From positions 1 through 64,000 of IMG/VR virus record IMGVR_UViG_3300033146_000244: DNA of 64,000 bases; one strand, written 5' to 3'. Below are positions 1 to 13,100 of this stretch, in pieces. Each line of letters begins with the position of its first letter. The stretch's first letter is position 1. A program made the position numbers and the translations under genes. Source of the stretch: a virus. The notes under the pieces are model-generated. The model saw only the letters and a list, made by a program, of their open reading frames with translations. It ran no database searches and was not told the origin of the DNA.

Positions 1-1206
1 ACACCTGAAGTACCTGAAACACCTGAAGTAGCTAATGCTGTGGGAGAAGTGCCAGAAGGCAATGGTACAGTAGAGGTATTAGCCAATGGGATGTATAGAG
101 CGACAAATGCTGAGGGAGATACAAAGGTGTTCTCAGAAAAGCAGTTAGATACATACGGTGGTGTAGAAGCAGTTATGAAGACGGGCTTACCGCCAATAGC
201 GTTTAATAACTACAGGGATAGTTCAAGCACGTCGTTAGATACCGCTGATATAGCAGAAACAACGGTAGCAAATCCACAGAAAACAGTTATCACCAGTACT
301 GAAAAGACTGGTACAAGTCAGATAACACCCACAGATGCTAATACAAATCAAACATTACAAGGTGCAGATACAGACAAGAATTACACATCACACCCAGTAA
401 ACCAGAATAAGCGTGATAACGGTATAGTTGAATTAATAGGTGATAACATACGTAATTTTGCTAATAGTTATACTAATAAAGATGGCGGTATTAAAACTAC
501 TACATCAAGTAGTGGTAACGATGAACCCTCAGTAGGTGGTGGTGATAACGGTGAACCCCGAGTAGGCGGTAGCGGTAAGCGTAAGTTCGGTACTGCGTTA
601 GGAATAGGGCGGAATGCTGGTGGTCTAGTGCAAGGGGCTATAAATGGTGCAGGAGATATATATGATATATACAGAGGCATGCAAGGTGGAGAATCTGAAT
701 ACTACGACAGGGTGCAGGCAGCTAAAATGCAACAACTAGACCCTAGTAGGAGCATACAAGCACAACAAGAAGTAGGTAATCAACTAGGTACTAGAATAAG
801 ACAGTCGGGTGGACAAGGATTAGGGCAGTATATGAATAATATGACACAGGCAGCAACCGCTACACAGAAAGGTATAGCTAATACAATAGGACAGTACGAC
901 AGTCGGAACACTGGGATAGCTAATCAAGAAGCTATGAACAGACAGTCTGTACAAGGACAGAATATTAATTTAGATATGAGACAGGGTGATATAAATGCTA
1001 GGGAGAGAGACTCCGCTAGTAATGATATACAAAGTGGTCTTACTGGGTTGGGCATGCAGATAGGGCAGTCTATTAATGACAACAAGTCAAGGCGTATGGA
1101 ACAGAGCTTATTAAAGAGCGGTGTCTTTAGTCCTGAAGACTACGAGATAACGGTAGGGGCTAATGGTAAGATACAGTACACACGTAAGCTACAAGGAGGT
1201 AAGTAG
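1..1206 (+). CDS. Virion-associated (putative cargo) protein, 5'-truncated by the window edge
   Basis: Frame is open from base 1 (TPEVPETPEVANAVGEVP), upstream of the called start at 40. Gly/Gln-rich C-terminal half. Lies just upstream of the large cargo/vRNAP genes. Confidence 0.6.
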   Translation, partial: TPEVPETPEVANAVGEVPEGNGTVEVLANGMYRATNAEGDTKVFSEKQLDTYGGVEAVMKTGLPPIAFNNYRDSSSTSLDTADIAETTVANPQKTVITSTEKTGTSQITPTDANTNQTLQGADTDKNYTSHPVNQNKRDNGIVELIGDNIRNFANSYTNKDGGIKTTTSSSGNDEPSVGGGDNGEPRVGGSGKRKFGTALGIGRNAGGLVQGAINGAGDIYDIYRGMQGGESEYYDRVQAAKMQQLDPSRSIQAQQEVGNQLGTRIRQSGGQGLGQYMNNMTQAATATQKGIANTIGQYDSRNTGIANQEAMNRQSVQGQNINLDMRQGDINARERDSASNDIQSGLTGLGMQIGQSINDNKSRRMEQSLLKSGVFSPEDYEITVGANGKIQYTRKLQGGK

Positions 1207-1275
1207 AGTTGAAGGAGATTGATATAAAAGGAGTATTACAAGTATAGATGATTTATGTGGTTTTATCGTTTTATA

Positions 1276-1307
1276 TTTGTTTTATTCCTTTTTTTATTAT
1301 ATATTTG
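1276..1307 (+). promoter_or_regulatory. Bacteroidota housekeeping-sigma promoter
   Basis: TTTG (1276-1279), 20-nt spacer, TATATTTG (1300-1307) then CA; ATG at 1344. Confidence 0.75.
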
Positions 1308-1343
1308 CAACAGAGTTAAAGATAACACATAATATACAATACA

Positions 1344-4142
1344 ATGGCAAGATACGATAAGAGTAGGTTAGGGAGACCTATTAGTAATTATCACCCACTC
1401 CCACTGAACTTAATAGCACAAGGTGCGCAGAAGAAGCAGAATGAGTTAGATAACGCTAGGAACTTGATGAGCGGTAACTTCACAGGTAAATATATAGCTG
1501 GAAGTACAGATGCTACAAAGCGTGAGAAAGATAAAGCAGACTACGCTGCTGAGATGGAACAAGTCAATGCTATGTTACAACCAGGTGTAGATGATGTAGA
1601 AGGTGCTACTAGAAAAGCAATGGCAATAAGAGCTAAGTACGGACTATCTAGTAGTGGTAATATATCTTTTAATAATGGGTCGGTTGGAGGTACTAGTAAA
1701 AAGAGAAGTAGTAATGGTAGCAGTACTGGTAATAACTACATGAGTAGTGATGCAGGTTCTGATGAGATGTATGGCACGTCTCGGTGGATTGCTAATGACG
1801 CTTGGGATAAGGAACAAACATTTATAAAGGATATGAATAAGCCTAACAGCGGTATGAATGAGTATGACAAAATAACACAACAACACAAAGCACTTACCCA
1901 GTATGAGGCTAACGGGGCTAGTACTAATGTTGATAATCGCATACAGTACACTAACGTACAATCAACTGACATATATAAAGAGCTAGATGCGCTAACAGCA
2001 GACCATGCAGCTGATAGAAATACATACTTAGGTGATGATGGTGTTTACAGAAGTACTAGTACTGATGAGTTTATAACCGCAGAAGAGGTATATACTAATA
2101 GTATGGGTATAATGGCTGGTAACTCAGATTGGCAAAACCAGATGGGTAGAGAGTTCTATGCAAGAGTACTAGCTGGTGATGCTAATAGTGGTGTACAACT
2201 AGCAGATGCTATTGATTCGGAAGAGTTTACTAGATTGGCATTAGAAGATGTGACTAGAGATTTTAGAGCTAAGAAAGATGCAGAGGTAGATGCTAAGATA
2301 GCTAATGGTGATAAACGTAGTAGAGATGTTATTGCACAAGAAGTATACAAAAATGCTTACACAAGAACAGCAGCAGATGTAAGTAACAGTGAGTATGATG
2401 AGTTTATAGACGAGGCTATGGGGAATAAGGATAGTGAAGGATACGCCGATGCTATGTATAGCAGGGCAGAGAAGGAGTTTAAGCAACAAAAGATGGAAGG
2501 TTACGCAAATACACAAACTGTAGAACGTAGCTTTAGTAAAAAAGGGTACTCAGAGAAAGAGAGTGCTTCCTACAAAGAGAGGGCTGCTAGAGCATTGTTA
2601 GACTATGAAGCAAGCCTACAGAAGGAGCAAGTATCAACATACGACGATGTATTAGTAGGTAATGGCGAAGAAGCAGTAGAGGCTTATGGTATTTTAGAAG
2701 ACGATGTAGCTAACGGACAAGATAATATTAACAAGACTGCAATGACAGCAGCTGCTGCAAATAAGGCTCTGTATGCTGTATTTGGCGACCCTAATAAGAA
2801 TAAGCCTTTTGATTTATCTAACCTGATAGGTGATGTGTTTAAAGTTGTAGAGACAGACAACGAAGCACTATTTGGTAATGCTTTTAACAGAGACCCTAAA
2901 ACTGGAGAAATACTAGGAGTAGGAGATGACTTTTTGACTATATATAATAAGAACAATAAGGATAATCAAATAGAAGAGGGTAGTGCAGAGTATTATGCAC
3001 TGGTAGCTAACACTAATGAGTTAATAGTTAAACAACAAAAGGCTACTGTAGCAAGTAACCATGCTGTAGCTATGCACGCTAATAATGTTAGTGAGCTTAC
3101 TGCTATAAGAAATGATGCAATAGAAGCAAACGAAGAAGAGTTCAGAGCACTCTATGATAGGATACACCCTTTGTGGATATGGTCTGCCACCAGAGATGGT
3201 AGTGGCAAAGGTACAAATAGTAAGGGTCTTTACAGTGACGGAAACATTAATGAAGACAGACCTACTTTTGAGGAATGGCTCGCTAACCCTGAGAAATATA
3301 AACAACAAGAAGTAAGGTCTATAGCATCGCTGAGTGGGAGTCGGAGATTTGACAAACTGGTAGCAAACTCATTAGAAGAGAATGTCGGCTCATCAGCAGG
3401 CGTATCTATTGCTTATAAAGTAGGAAGTAAGAATAACGAGTATGGTAGATTTTTCATGCAGACAGATGGTACGTTTGCAAAAGAAGGATTCGTCAATGGT
3501 GTTACTGTAGGTACAAGTAAGATAACTATAGCAGAACATCTGGACAAGGAGGGCGGCTTTGATATGACTAAACCATACACAGTGGATAAGAGTCTAGTAC
3601 CTGGAGGTGATAAGAATGGTGCTTACACTATAATTACATATAAACAAGGTACTGGTAATAAGGCTAAGACGTCAGTAGTGAGAATATATGATAGAAACGT
3701 AAGTGATGCGTATGGTAATTATGCTGCTGCAAAAACTGATGCTAGACTAGGTCAAATAACCATAAATGAAAGAGCTGCTGGTAATACAAAACAATATACG
3801 GGTAGTGGTGACATATATGATGGTAACTTTACAGATATGTCAATAAGCCTATTGCAGATAGAGGGTAGCGAGAGGATAGCTAACCAACGTAGTAGTATAG
3901 TTGGCATGCAACAAGGAGATGAAATTACACTTAGTAATGGGGATATAGTAGTAAAAACAAAGCAAGATAACTATAGACTAGTTGTTACTGATATAAATGG
4001 TGATAAAAGATATGTAGGAAATCCGTCACCGGATGTAGATGGTTTATCTGTTACAGTTGGAATAACTGAGTATAGTAGGAATACAACGGGTAACATGAAG
4101 AAATCAGTAGTTGTAGATAATGCAGACCCTTATTCGGATTAG
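1344..4142 (+). CDS. Putative ejection/cargo protein
   Basis: 932-aa ORF, first of three very large co-oriented genes around the vRNAP, as in crAss-like phages. Function inferred from position. Confidence 0.55.
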   Translation: MARYDKSRLGRPISNYHPLPLNLIAQGAQKKQNELDNARNLMSGNFTGKYIAGSTDATKREKDKADYAAEMEQVNAMLQPGVDDVEGATRKAMAIRAKYGLSSSGNISFNNGSVGGTSKKRSSNGSSTGNNYMSSDAGSDEMYGTSRWIANDAWDKEQTFIKDMNKPNSGMNEYDKITQQHKALTQYEANGASTNVDNRIQYTNVQSTDIYKELDALTADHAADRNTYLGDDGVYRSTSTDEFITAEEVYTNSMGIMAGNSDWQNQMGREFYARVLAGDANSGVQLADAIDSEEFTRLALEDVTRDFRAKKDAEVDAKIANGDKRSRDVIAQEVYKNAYTRTAADVSNSEYDEFIDEAMGNKDSEGYADAMYSRAEKEFKQQKMEGYANTQTVERSFSKKGYSEKESASYKERAARALLDYEASLQKEQVSTYDDVLVGNGEEAVEAYGILEDDVANGQDNINKTAMTAAAANKALYAVFGDPNKNKPFDLSNLIGDVFKVVETDNEALFGNAFNRDPKTGEILGVGDDFLTIYNKNNKDNQIEEGSAEYYALVANTNELIVKQQKATVASNHAVAMHANNVSELTAIRNDAIEANEEEFRALYDRIHPLWIWSATRDGSGKGTNSKGLYSDGNINEDRPTFEEWLANPEKYKQQEVRSIASLSGSRRFDKLVANSLEENVGSSAGVSIAYKVGSKNNEYGRFFMQTDGTFAKEGFVNGVTVGTSKITIAEHLDKEGGFDMTKPYTVDKSLVPGGDKNGAYTIITYKQGTGNKAKTSVVRIYDRNVSDAYGNYAAAKTDARLGQITINERAAGNTKQYTGSGDIYDGNFTDMSISLLQIEGSERIANQRSSIVGMQQGDEITLSNGDIVVKTKQDNYRLVVTDINGDKRYVGNPSPDVDGLSVTVGITEYSRNTTGNMKKSVVVDNADPYSD

Positions 4143-4169
4143 TAGTAGTAACTTTAAAATAGTATAACA

Positions 4170-7100
4170 ATGCCAGAGGATACAAAGAAACCAATACCAG
4201 TAAAAACAGACGGTAAGAAAGAAGTAGCAGGTTACAAGCCTATGAGCTTCAAAGAGTATAAAGAAGACAGTGACAAACAAGCTAGACGTAGGGGTGCGCT
4301 TACTACCGCAAGACAGACGGTAGGTAATACATTACATAGGGATATAAATATAGATGAGTACGCTAAATACATGCCTATAAAAGGCGTAGTAGGAGACTTA
4401 GAAAAAAGTCAGTTAAACGATATGCGGGCTAGAGGTCAGAGTACTTTGGAACAAGTAGGTAGAACTCTTAACCCTGTTAATAGAGGGAAGAGTATTGGAT
4501 TAGGATTGATTAAAGACTTAGGTTACATAATGGAACTACCTGAGATTATATCAGGTAAAAGTGACTTTACTAATGGGTTAATAGAGTGGGCAGAGAAGAC
4601 TAAAGATAAGACAGTCGGTAAAGTGTACATGGAGAACAATGGCAAAGTATTTGACATGGCTAATCCAGCTTGGTACTTAACACATGGTGCTGATTTATAT
4701 GATAGTATGTCAGAGTTCTTATTACTGGGAGCAGGGATAGGAAGTACCGTTGCTAAAGGAACTAGCCTTACAATCAAAGGACTTAATTTAGTTGGTAATG
4801 CTGCTAAGATAGCAAAGTTTAGTGGTAATGTGCTATCCTCTGCTGCATTAACATACTTTGATGCAGCTAATACAGCAACAAGTGCTTACAAACAGACATA
4901 TAGTAGATTGACATCTGAGATTAACCCTAGAACAGGCAAGTTATTCACAGCTGAAGAAGCTGGTCAATATGCAGGAGATGCCGCTTATAGTGGTTTTGGA
5001 ACACAACTTGTGGTAGGTACAATACTTAATGCGCCATCAATAGCACCATTCTTTAAAACAGCTAGCAGTATAAAGAATAAGACAGCAGCAGAGATGCTTA
5101 AAGCAGTAAAAGGTGAGACAAGGGCAGCCAGAATTGCAAGACTTAAGGAGCTTACATTAGAAAATGAAGCAGTTAAGAAAGGGTTACAGAAGAATGCCCG
5201 TGATGGCTTGGCGCATAAGTTACCACATGAGATGGCACAGGAGTACTTTGAGGAGATAGGTGCTACATGGTCAGAGGAATCTGGAGTAGACTTAGGAATG
5301 TATAACGCAATGGGAGGTAATAAGAAGTGGTATGCAGGATTTGCAGCTATTGACAGATTAGGTAAAGTATTCTTTAGTGCTGAAGGTCAGTTATCAGGTA
5401 TGCTTGGTATAGCGGGAGGAGCAGGACAGACTATAGGTATGCACTATTTAACACCAGGTAGCTTAGGTTATAAGAGAGATAAAACGGGAGCAATAGTGTA
5501 TGATGATAATGACAAACCTATTAGTGTAGAAAAGAATACAGCTAGTTACAGGAGGTCGTGGGGATTTAACGGTAGTAAGCAGCGACTATTTACTGAGTAT
5601 GATGCGTTCAATGCACAACGTATAAATGTAATAAAGGACTTAGAATATATAAATGCTACCACTGAGCAGATAGAGAGATTAAGTGGTAAAACAGATAAAG
5701 CTAATTTAGCACAAGCAGAGGTGTTACAGGATAAGTTGTTTTCGTTGTCCACTGCTGAAAGTTTATTTAATAATAGAGGAGAGAACTTAATAGAGCTATA
5801 TGAGCAGATAGGTGCTTTAGATAATAAGAAGTTGGATGAGGACGGTGATACAGAAGCAATGCGTGCAGGAGTTACAGTTCAACCAGACACAAAGTTATAT
5901 ACATCAGACCACACAAGTAGAGCTAGTAAGTTAATAAGCGATATAAAAGAACTTAATGATGAGCACAGTAGAGTATTAGAACGTTACGATACAGAGGAAA
6001 ACAACTTATATGGTGTGCAGAAGCTGCTAACTCAAATAGCAGTAGCATCTAAGAGGTCAGAACAAACGTATAATGAAGCACGTAGTAAAACAGCTAAAGC
6101 ATATAAAGGTGCTTCTAGTAAATTGTCACTGCAAGCTAAATATGAAGCATTAAAGGAACATATAGCGGAACTTAAAAAAGAGAGTACCTTAGACAAGCAG
6201 ATAGCGGATAATGTGCAACCTGAAGACCTTAAACTAGTAGCAAAAGACTATATAACACTTGAAAAACAAAGACATACTACAGATGATATAATAAATGAAA
6301 GGTTAGAAAGCTATGATGCCTATATAAAGGTTAAGGAAGCTGAGTTAGCAAAACTTAATAAACAGTTAGTAGAAACTACTAAGGAATCTACTGAGGGTGC
6401 TACAGAGATACTAGGATTAGAAGAAACAGCTCCTATGGTTGAGGCATCTATCTCAGAGTATATGCATGATATGAATAGGCAGTTAAATAAAAAGACATTA
6501 CAATATGCTACTAAAAGAAGCACTGTTAAGAAGATACGAGATAATGGACAACGCATACACGATAAAGCTGAGAGGTCTCGTAGAGCACGTAAGAAAAAAG
6601 AGGATATAGTTAAGAACAGGGCTAAGACTACTGAAGCTAACAAAGACACTAAGAGTACAAACGATAACATAAGTGCTAAAGAGAGAGCGTTTAAAGAGGC
6701 TGAAGCTGATAAGAAGGCTATAGAGTTGGCAGAAAGGGAGCAAAGAGAAGCTGAGGAAGCTATAAGAGAAGAACAAGAGGGTGCAGTGATTAAAAATCCT
6801 GAGGGGGTAAAGACTCCCCCCAGTGTAAATGTTAATGTGGAGGCTGCGGTTTCCGATGAGAGTAGAACAGACGTTGTGAATATTGTGTCGGAAGAAGCAG
6901 AAGCTATATTCAAAGAGGTATCAGCTGACAAAGGTAAGTATAAAAAGAACTACAATACTATTAAGAAGGTTATAGCTGCGTTGTTAGCAAAGAAAGCACC
7001 TTTAAAGAGTCTGTTAGGGAATGCAGTAAACGCAGACAACTATGATAAAATATCGGTATTGGATATACCAGCAGATAGTCCAGAAGGGGACTACAAAGCT

Positions 7101-10100
7101 AAGTACATAGATTACCTTAAATGGAAGACAGCTGTAGAAGTTAATAATGCTAAGGAAGCTAGTAAGAAAGCTAACGAAGAGGGAGAAAGTATTGAAGAAT
7201 TACAGAATAGGCTTGTAGAGGTTATTAACGATGCAATAGGTACTAATAAACAAAAGTTGTTAGCTGTGGATATGCTAGCTAACATAGGTAAGTTCGTAGA
7301 GTTGGTGCAGATAGCTAGTAAGCTACATGCCAAGACAGTAGGTATAGAACTAAATGTATATACTAAAGAGGACTTAGCAATAATATATAACATGGCTGTA
7401 AGACTAGCTAAGTTAGAAGGTAGCGCTAAAGTAAGATTTCATGCACAGTACACTAAGGCTGTAGCATCTATGGCTACCTTTGAACCAGTAGAATCTAATA
7501 TCAACGCTAAAGCAGTAGAAGCATTAACTGATAATCTAGGATTAGATGGTAAGTACAAATCAATAAGCACTGGAGAAACAACACTAAAACCTTATAATGA
7601 CGAAGCTATATCTACAAGTGAGGAAGTAGCGGCAGAGGTTATAGCAGATAATAGTACAGAGACCAAGCTATGGGCTAAGGTATATAATGTGTTTGCAAGT
7701 ATAGCCTACAAAATACAAGCTAGTAAGGAGATGGTAAACAGAGAAAGAGGTAATACATACCATGTAAATACCGAAACTGTTAAGAATCTCGCCGCAATAG
7801 ATACATTATACACAGGGGACTCAGTGTCAATAAACATAGATACCGAGTATGATGGGGATGTTATGATGCCAGACGGTACTATGAGGTCTTGGTCTATAGT
7901 AAAAGATGAGTTAAGTATAGTAGCTATTGTTAAAGCAGATGATACTAGTTATATAGGGAATATACCGCTAGTAATAACAAACAGTGACGGTAAGGTAGTA
8001 GGGCATATAAGAACAACTGCTTGGTTAGATAAAAGACGTGGTAACTTACAGGAAGGTATAGATGCAGATAAAGAGATAGAAAAATTAATATCGCTAAGAC
8101 GTGGTATATTAGCAAAAGGTGGTGCTAAAACTACTATAACTAAGATAGGTACAGGCGTTATAAATAGACAACACGAAGGTAAACGTACCACTGTAACAAA
8201 AGCAATAACCAATAAGGCTATAAAGATAATAGTAGGTAGTAATAAAAATTTTGTACATAAGAAAGGTAGTACAGTAAGTATAACTAATTCAAGGTGGTTT
8301 AGTAAATTTGGATTCAACGGTGGTACTGCTTTACATATACCTATGGCTAATGGAGAGTACCATGCAATACCGGTAGCTAATCAGACGTTAGGTACATCGG
8401 GACATAATAGTACCATTGTAGCACTAATACAATTATATGTAAGTGGTGATAAGAAGGCTATATCTGAGTACAGTAAGAAGATACAAGTAGATATAGCAAA
8501 GAAAGGCACGTTAGAGAAGCTGATAAAGATGTTTATATATACAGAGTCTTTTAATAGTGATACAATGGAAGCAGAGAATGCTAAGAATGGTAAAGACCGT
8601 AGAACACAGAGTATGTTTGGTATAACTAAAGAAGGTAATATAAGATTTGCTAACATAAGAGATGTAGTAGGTGGTAAGAATAGTCTGTATGAAATAACTA
8701 GAAATGGTAATGTGCTTGTTGATGGGAGACCTAGTAAAGAAGTATCACTAGATAAGGCTTTAAATATTTTAGAAGGCTATCTAATCAATAGAAGAATGAA
8801 CACTAGTTTAGAGCACTTAGGTAAAGATAGTGCTATTGCTATACCTGTTATAGAAGATGGTAAGTTGTCAAGTAAGAAGTACACTAGCTATAGTGAGTTC
8901 TTAAAAAACCATCTGGAAACAGATATGGTAGAAAGAATAGGAGAAGATAAAGATGGTAATGTAAAATTTAGTTATACGATACAACAGACTACTGAGTTCA
9001 GTACTGAGTTAGAGGGAATAGGTGAAGAAACAGATTTAGAGGGAGATGATGATACTATATGGAATAACTTTGTAGATACTGGTAAACTACCCAGAACTAA
9101 AATAGAGGAGATAGCTAATAAGATTATAAACGGTAGTACTCTTAGTGAAAAAGAGTTATCCATGAGGACTACTTATGCTAAAGATATAGAGATTATACTT
9201 GAACAAACCAAGAGTAATGAAGAGGTAGATAAGGTTGTGTCAGCAGCAGAAACCGGTAAAGTAGATAAGACCACTAAGGAAGTAGTAATAGATAGTAAAC
9301 AATTACGAGAAGATGTTACTAATGCTATCAAAAGACAACAAGCTAGAAAATTACAAAATGGTGATATAGCTATATTACGGGCTAACAAAGATTTAGTAGC
9401 TACTATTAAGAAAGAACTAGGTGTAGGCAGTAAGAGGACTAAGAGAGCCAGTAGAGTTAAGAAAGCAATGGCAGTAGCATCTTATGAAAAAATTACTGAT
9501 ACTATCAAGGTAGCAGTAGATTCTTTAACTATAAAAGGATTGACTCCTATTCAACAAGCTAGTATGGTAGATGCTTTAATTGCTACAATGACTAGACACA
9601 TAGAGGGTGATTGGAATAGAGAGTCTGTGTCCATAGAATTAGAAGAGTTGTACAAAGATTATGTAGGTAACGCGAATGTGTTAAACGCACTATTAGAAGA
9701 ACGTAATGAAGATACACTGTTTGAAGAAAGTGAATTGGATGTAATATGGGACATGGATGCGCAACAGATAAGTGAGTTTTATGCTAGGAGGTCTGCTAGT
9801 ACTAAGACATTAAAAACATGGCAAGCGCATTACAATCTGTTATCACAAGAAGATGTGTTTAAAGATGTGATGACTAAAGTATTTGAAGGGTTAGCAGCAC
9901 GTAAGATAAAAATAGTTATGACAGAGAGTTCTCAAGTAGAAGATGCTGAAGATGGTGGAAACGATATGACAGACGAAGAGAAGATAGTTAATAAGTGGGA
10001 AATTCAGAGTGCTTCAGTAGATACATTACTACGTACCTCCGCTAAGTTTAAATCATTACTAGCAAGTGTTCCTAATTATAAGTATGTAATGGAAGACGGT

Positions 10101-13100
10101 AAAGTAAAACTAGTAGATGGTGACCCAGTGTTTGAAGAGACGTTAAACTTCATGGGTGAGATATTACCTAAAGATGACGTAGAGCTTAAGAAGATACTTA
10201 CAGAGTTCTTACATAAGCACGCTACCGATAAGCCTGGTGAGAAGTTTGATAACATGATAAGGTCAATGAAATCTACCGATAATCCTGCTTACGTCTATCA
10301 CTTTGCTCAAATGCTGGAAAATGCAGAAGATGCAGACAAATCAGCACTAGTTGGTATAATGAGTGTACAAAAGACTAATGCAAGCATACTGGTATGGAAG
10401 AAAAATAAAGTTACATATGACTATGCTAATAAGAGAAAACTACCGGAAAATGAGCAGTACTACGAATTTGGGATGTATTTAAGAGATAGTAGTAAACCAC
10501 AAGAGTACGATACCCTGAAAAATAACTGGTTGAACGGTCAAGGTACAGCCATGTTAGATAACAAGTTGATTGTAGCAGATGAGACAGGTGCATTGATAGT
10601 TAAAGGTAGTAGAGTTGTATGGTGGAGTAAATTGTATAACGAAGGTGTGAAAACTTATAAGACAAGATACCCAGATAGTAAAGAAGACTACGCCATGAGT
10701 GCAGAGGACTTTAGAATGTTACTTAATGAGATAGGTATTAACTATTCTAAAGTGGATTTAGAGAATCTTATGAATATAGAACACGATGCTGTATTATTAC
10801 AGCAATTTAATGCGAGCTTATCTGAATCACAGCGTATAGAGAAGTACTCAGATATGTTCAAGAGGGGTGGTATGGTAGACTATATGATACGACAGATGAG
10901 TAGCCATGAGAAGTCAATGTACTTAGAAGAAAGTAACCCAATAGGGAATATAACCAGTGGTACAATAACAGCACTAGCTACTGCACAGATAAATTCAATA
11001 GGTGGGTTTGGTACTTCTACATATGTGAATGGGGAAGGTAATACAGAACAATCTTATTCTATGAACACTATGCTAGGACATAGAGTAGCAGTACTATCTA
11101 AAACAGAGAAAGGTGCTGATGGGAGTGTAATTATATCAGAAGAGTTAGAGAGCTTATTAGACCCTTCAATGGATATGACTGGTACTTACGTGGAAGATGG
11201 TATAGAGAAACACAAGTCTTACTGGGGAAAGTTGATGAAAGAGGGTTTAGGTAGTAAATTCAGTACAGGTAAGTCAGACAGTGTTAAGAAAGGTGGTGCT
11301 GGTAATAAAGGTGTTAGTAGAACTAAGGCTACGATGTTTGAGCTTATTATAGACCAGATAGCAAGATTTACTAAGAATGGGCATGACACAGCAGAATTTA
11401 TGCCACTAGCATTTTCTGATAAAGCAACACAGCCTACTATAACAGCTCCTAAAATATCAGGTATTGTGGACAATGCTTTCTTAATGAGTGATAATAAGAA
11501 TGTGCCTGTACTAACAGATGAGTATAGAGAGCATGTATGGAACTATATGATTAAACCTGAGATAGATAGAATAAACAATCATGCAAATAGAGTACACAAA
11601 GGAAGTATTACTGAGTACAGCGTAGGAGGGCAATACTTTACTGGTGGGTTCTTATTTCAATTCTCCCCATACCTGAACAATGCGAGTGTAATGAAAGGTG
11701 TTGATGGTATAAGGACAGAGATTGGTGGTATAGACATGTCTAACCCTGCTACAAAGGAAGTATTAACAGATATAGTATCTAAGGTGATAGAGAAAGCAGC
11801 TTTAGATAAAGCTACTAAGATGAGAGAAGCTGGAATGCTTGTAAAAGAGAAGACTTATAGCACGCTACCACTACTTAACAAAGATGGTAAGCATGTTAGG
11901 GGTAAGACGATAAGACAAGAGACTGGTACTAAGTGGGTATTAAGATTTGTAGATAAGTCTTATTTGAAGAATATGCCAGAGGAATACACTAACCCGCAGA
12001 AACTGGCTGCTCTTGCGCTAGACTTTGAATTTAATAACACTATGGCTACTGTAGAGTACGTTAAGAACATAGGAGGTGATGCTGCTAATGTATATGCTAC
12101 AAAAGGTTTAGAGATTAAAGTAGATGGTAAGAAAGAAAGATTTGTAGCTACTGACTATGTAGGAGAAGGCAAAGATAACTTTAGAATGGTACTTGATAAA
12201 TACGGACACTTGCTTGAGACACAGTTGAAAAAACAGTGGGGTAGTTACGTTAAAAGACTTGCTAGTAACATAGCGCCTGGTACAGACTTAATGTGGAGAG
12301 ATAGCTTCGGTAGAAAGTTTGATAAGTCATTACAAGCGTATATAAAAGACCCTAAATTAGCAAGATACAATAAATTATACAAAGAGATTTTTAACTTAGA
12401 TGGTTACGATAGTACCGAAGGTGGTGATGCCCTTAATTACTCAACATTGCGAGAATCTATTATAGTACAACATGGTAGTACTAAGATAACAGATGCTTCT
12501 TACATAGCTACTATGGATGAGTACGATAGAGTAGATGATATAAACTTAGCTTTAGTAGCTAAGCATACTGACAATGGTAAGATAGATGTAGAGACTGTAC
12601 TAGAAGCTATACTAGAAGAGTGGACTAGTATAAACCTTAAAGATAAGGTATTTACCGAACTTAAAGATGCTGTAAGAGTAGCACCTCTTAAACCAGTAAT
12701 AGTAAATCACGAAGTACGTAAAGATGAGGGTAGAACAGCTACTAAGTATGTTAAGATAGCTACACTTCCACTAGTAGAGGGTCTTACTAAGAATACTAGA
12801 TTAGACTATCTTAGAAAGATGATGGAGTTAAGAGAGCTGTTATCTAAGGATAAAGAGACTGGCTCTATAAAAGCTGTAAACGTTACATACACATCTGGGG
12901 TCAAGTTCGGTGCTCAGAGGGTAGGTAGTATATTTCAAGAACATACAGAGGATAGTATAGCAAAACTGAGTAAGAACTTGAAGAAGGGTAGTGATGTAGT
13001 AGATGAGCATGGTAATATAGTGAAGGTGGGTAGTCCAGTAGTAGATGAAAATGGTAACCCAATAGAAGATATACAAGGAATTAATGCTCTACATTTTGAA

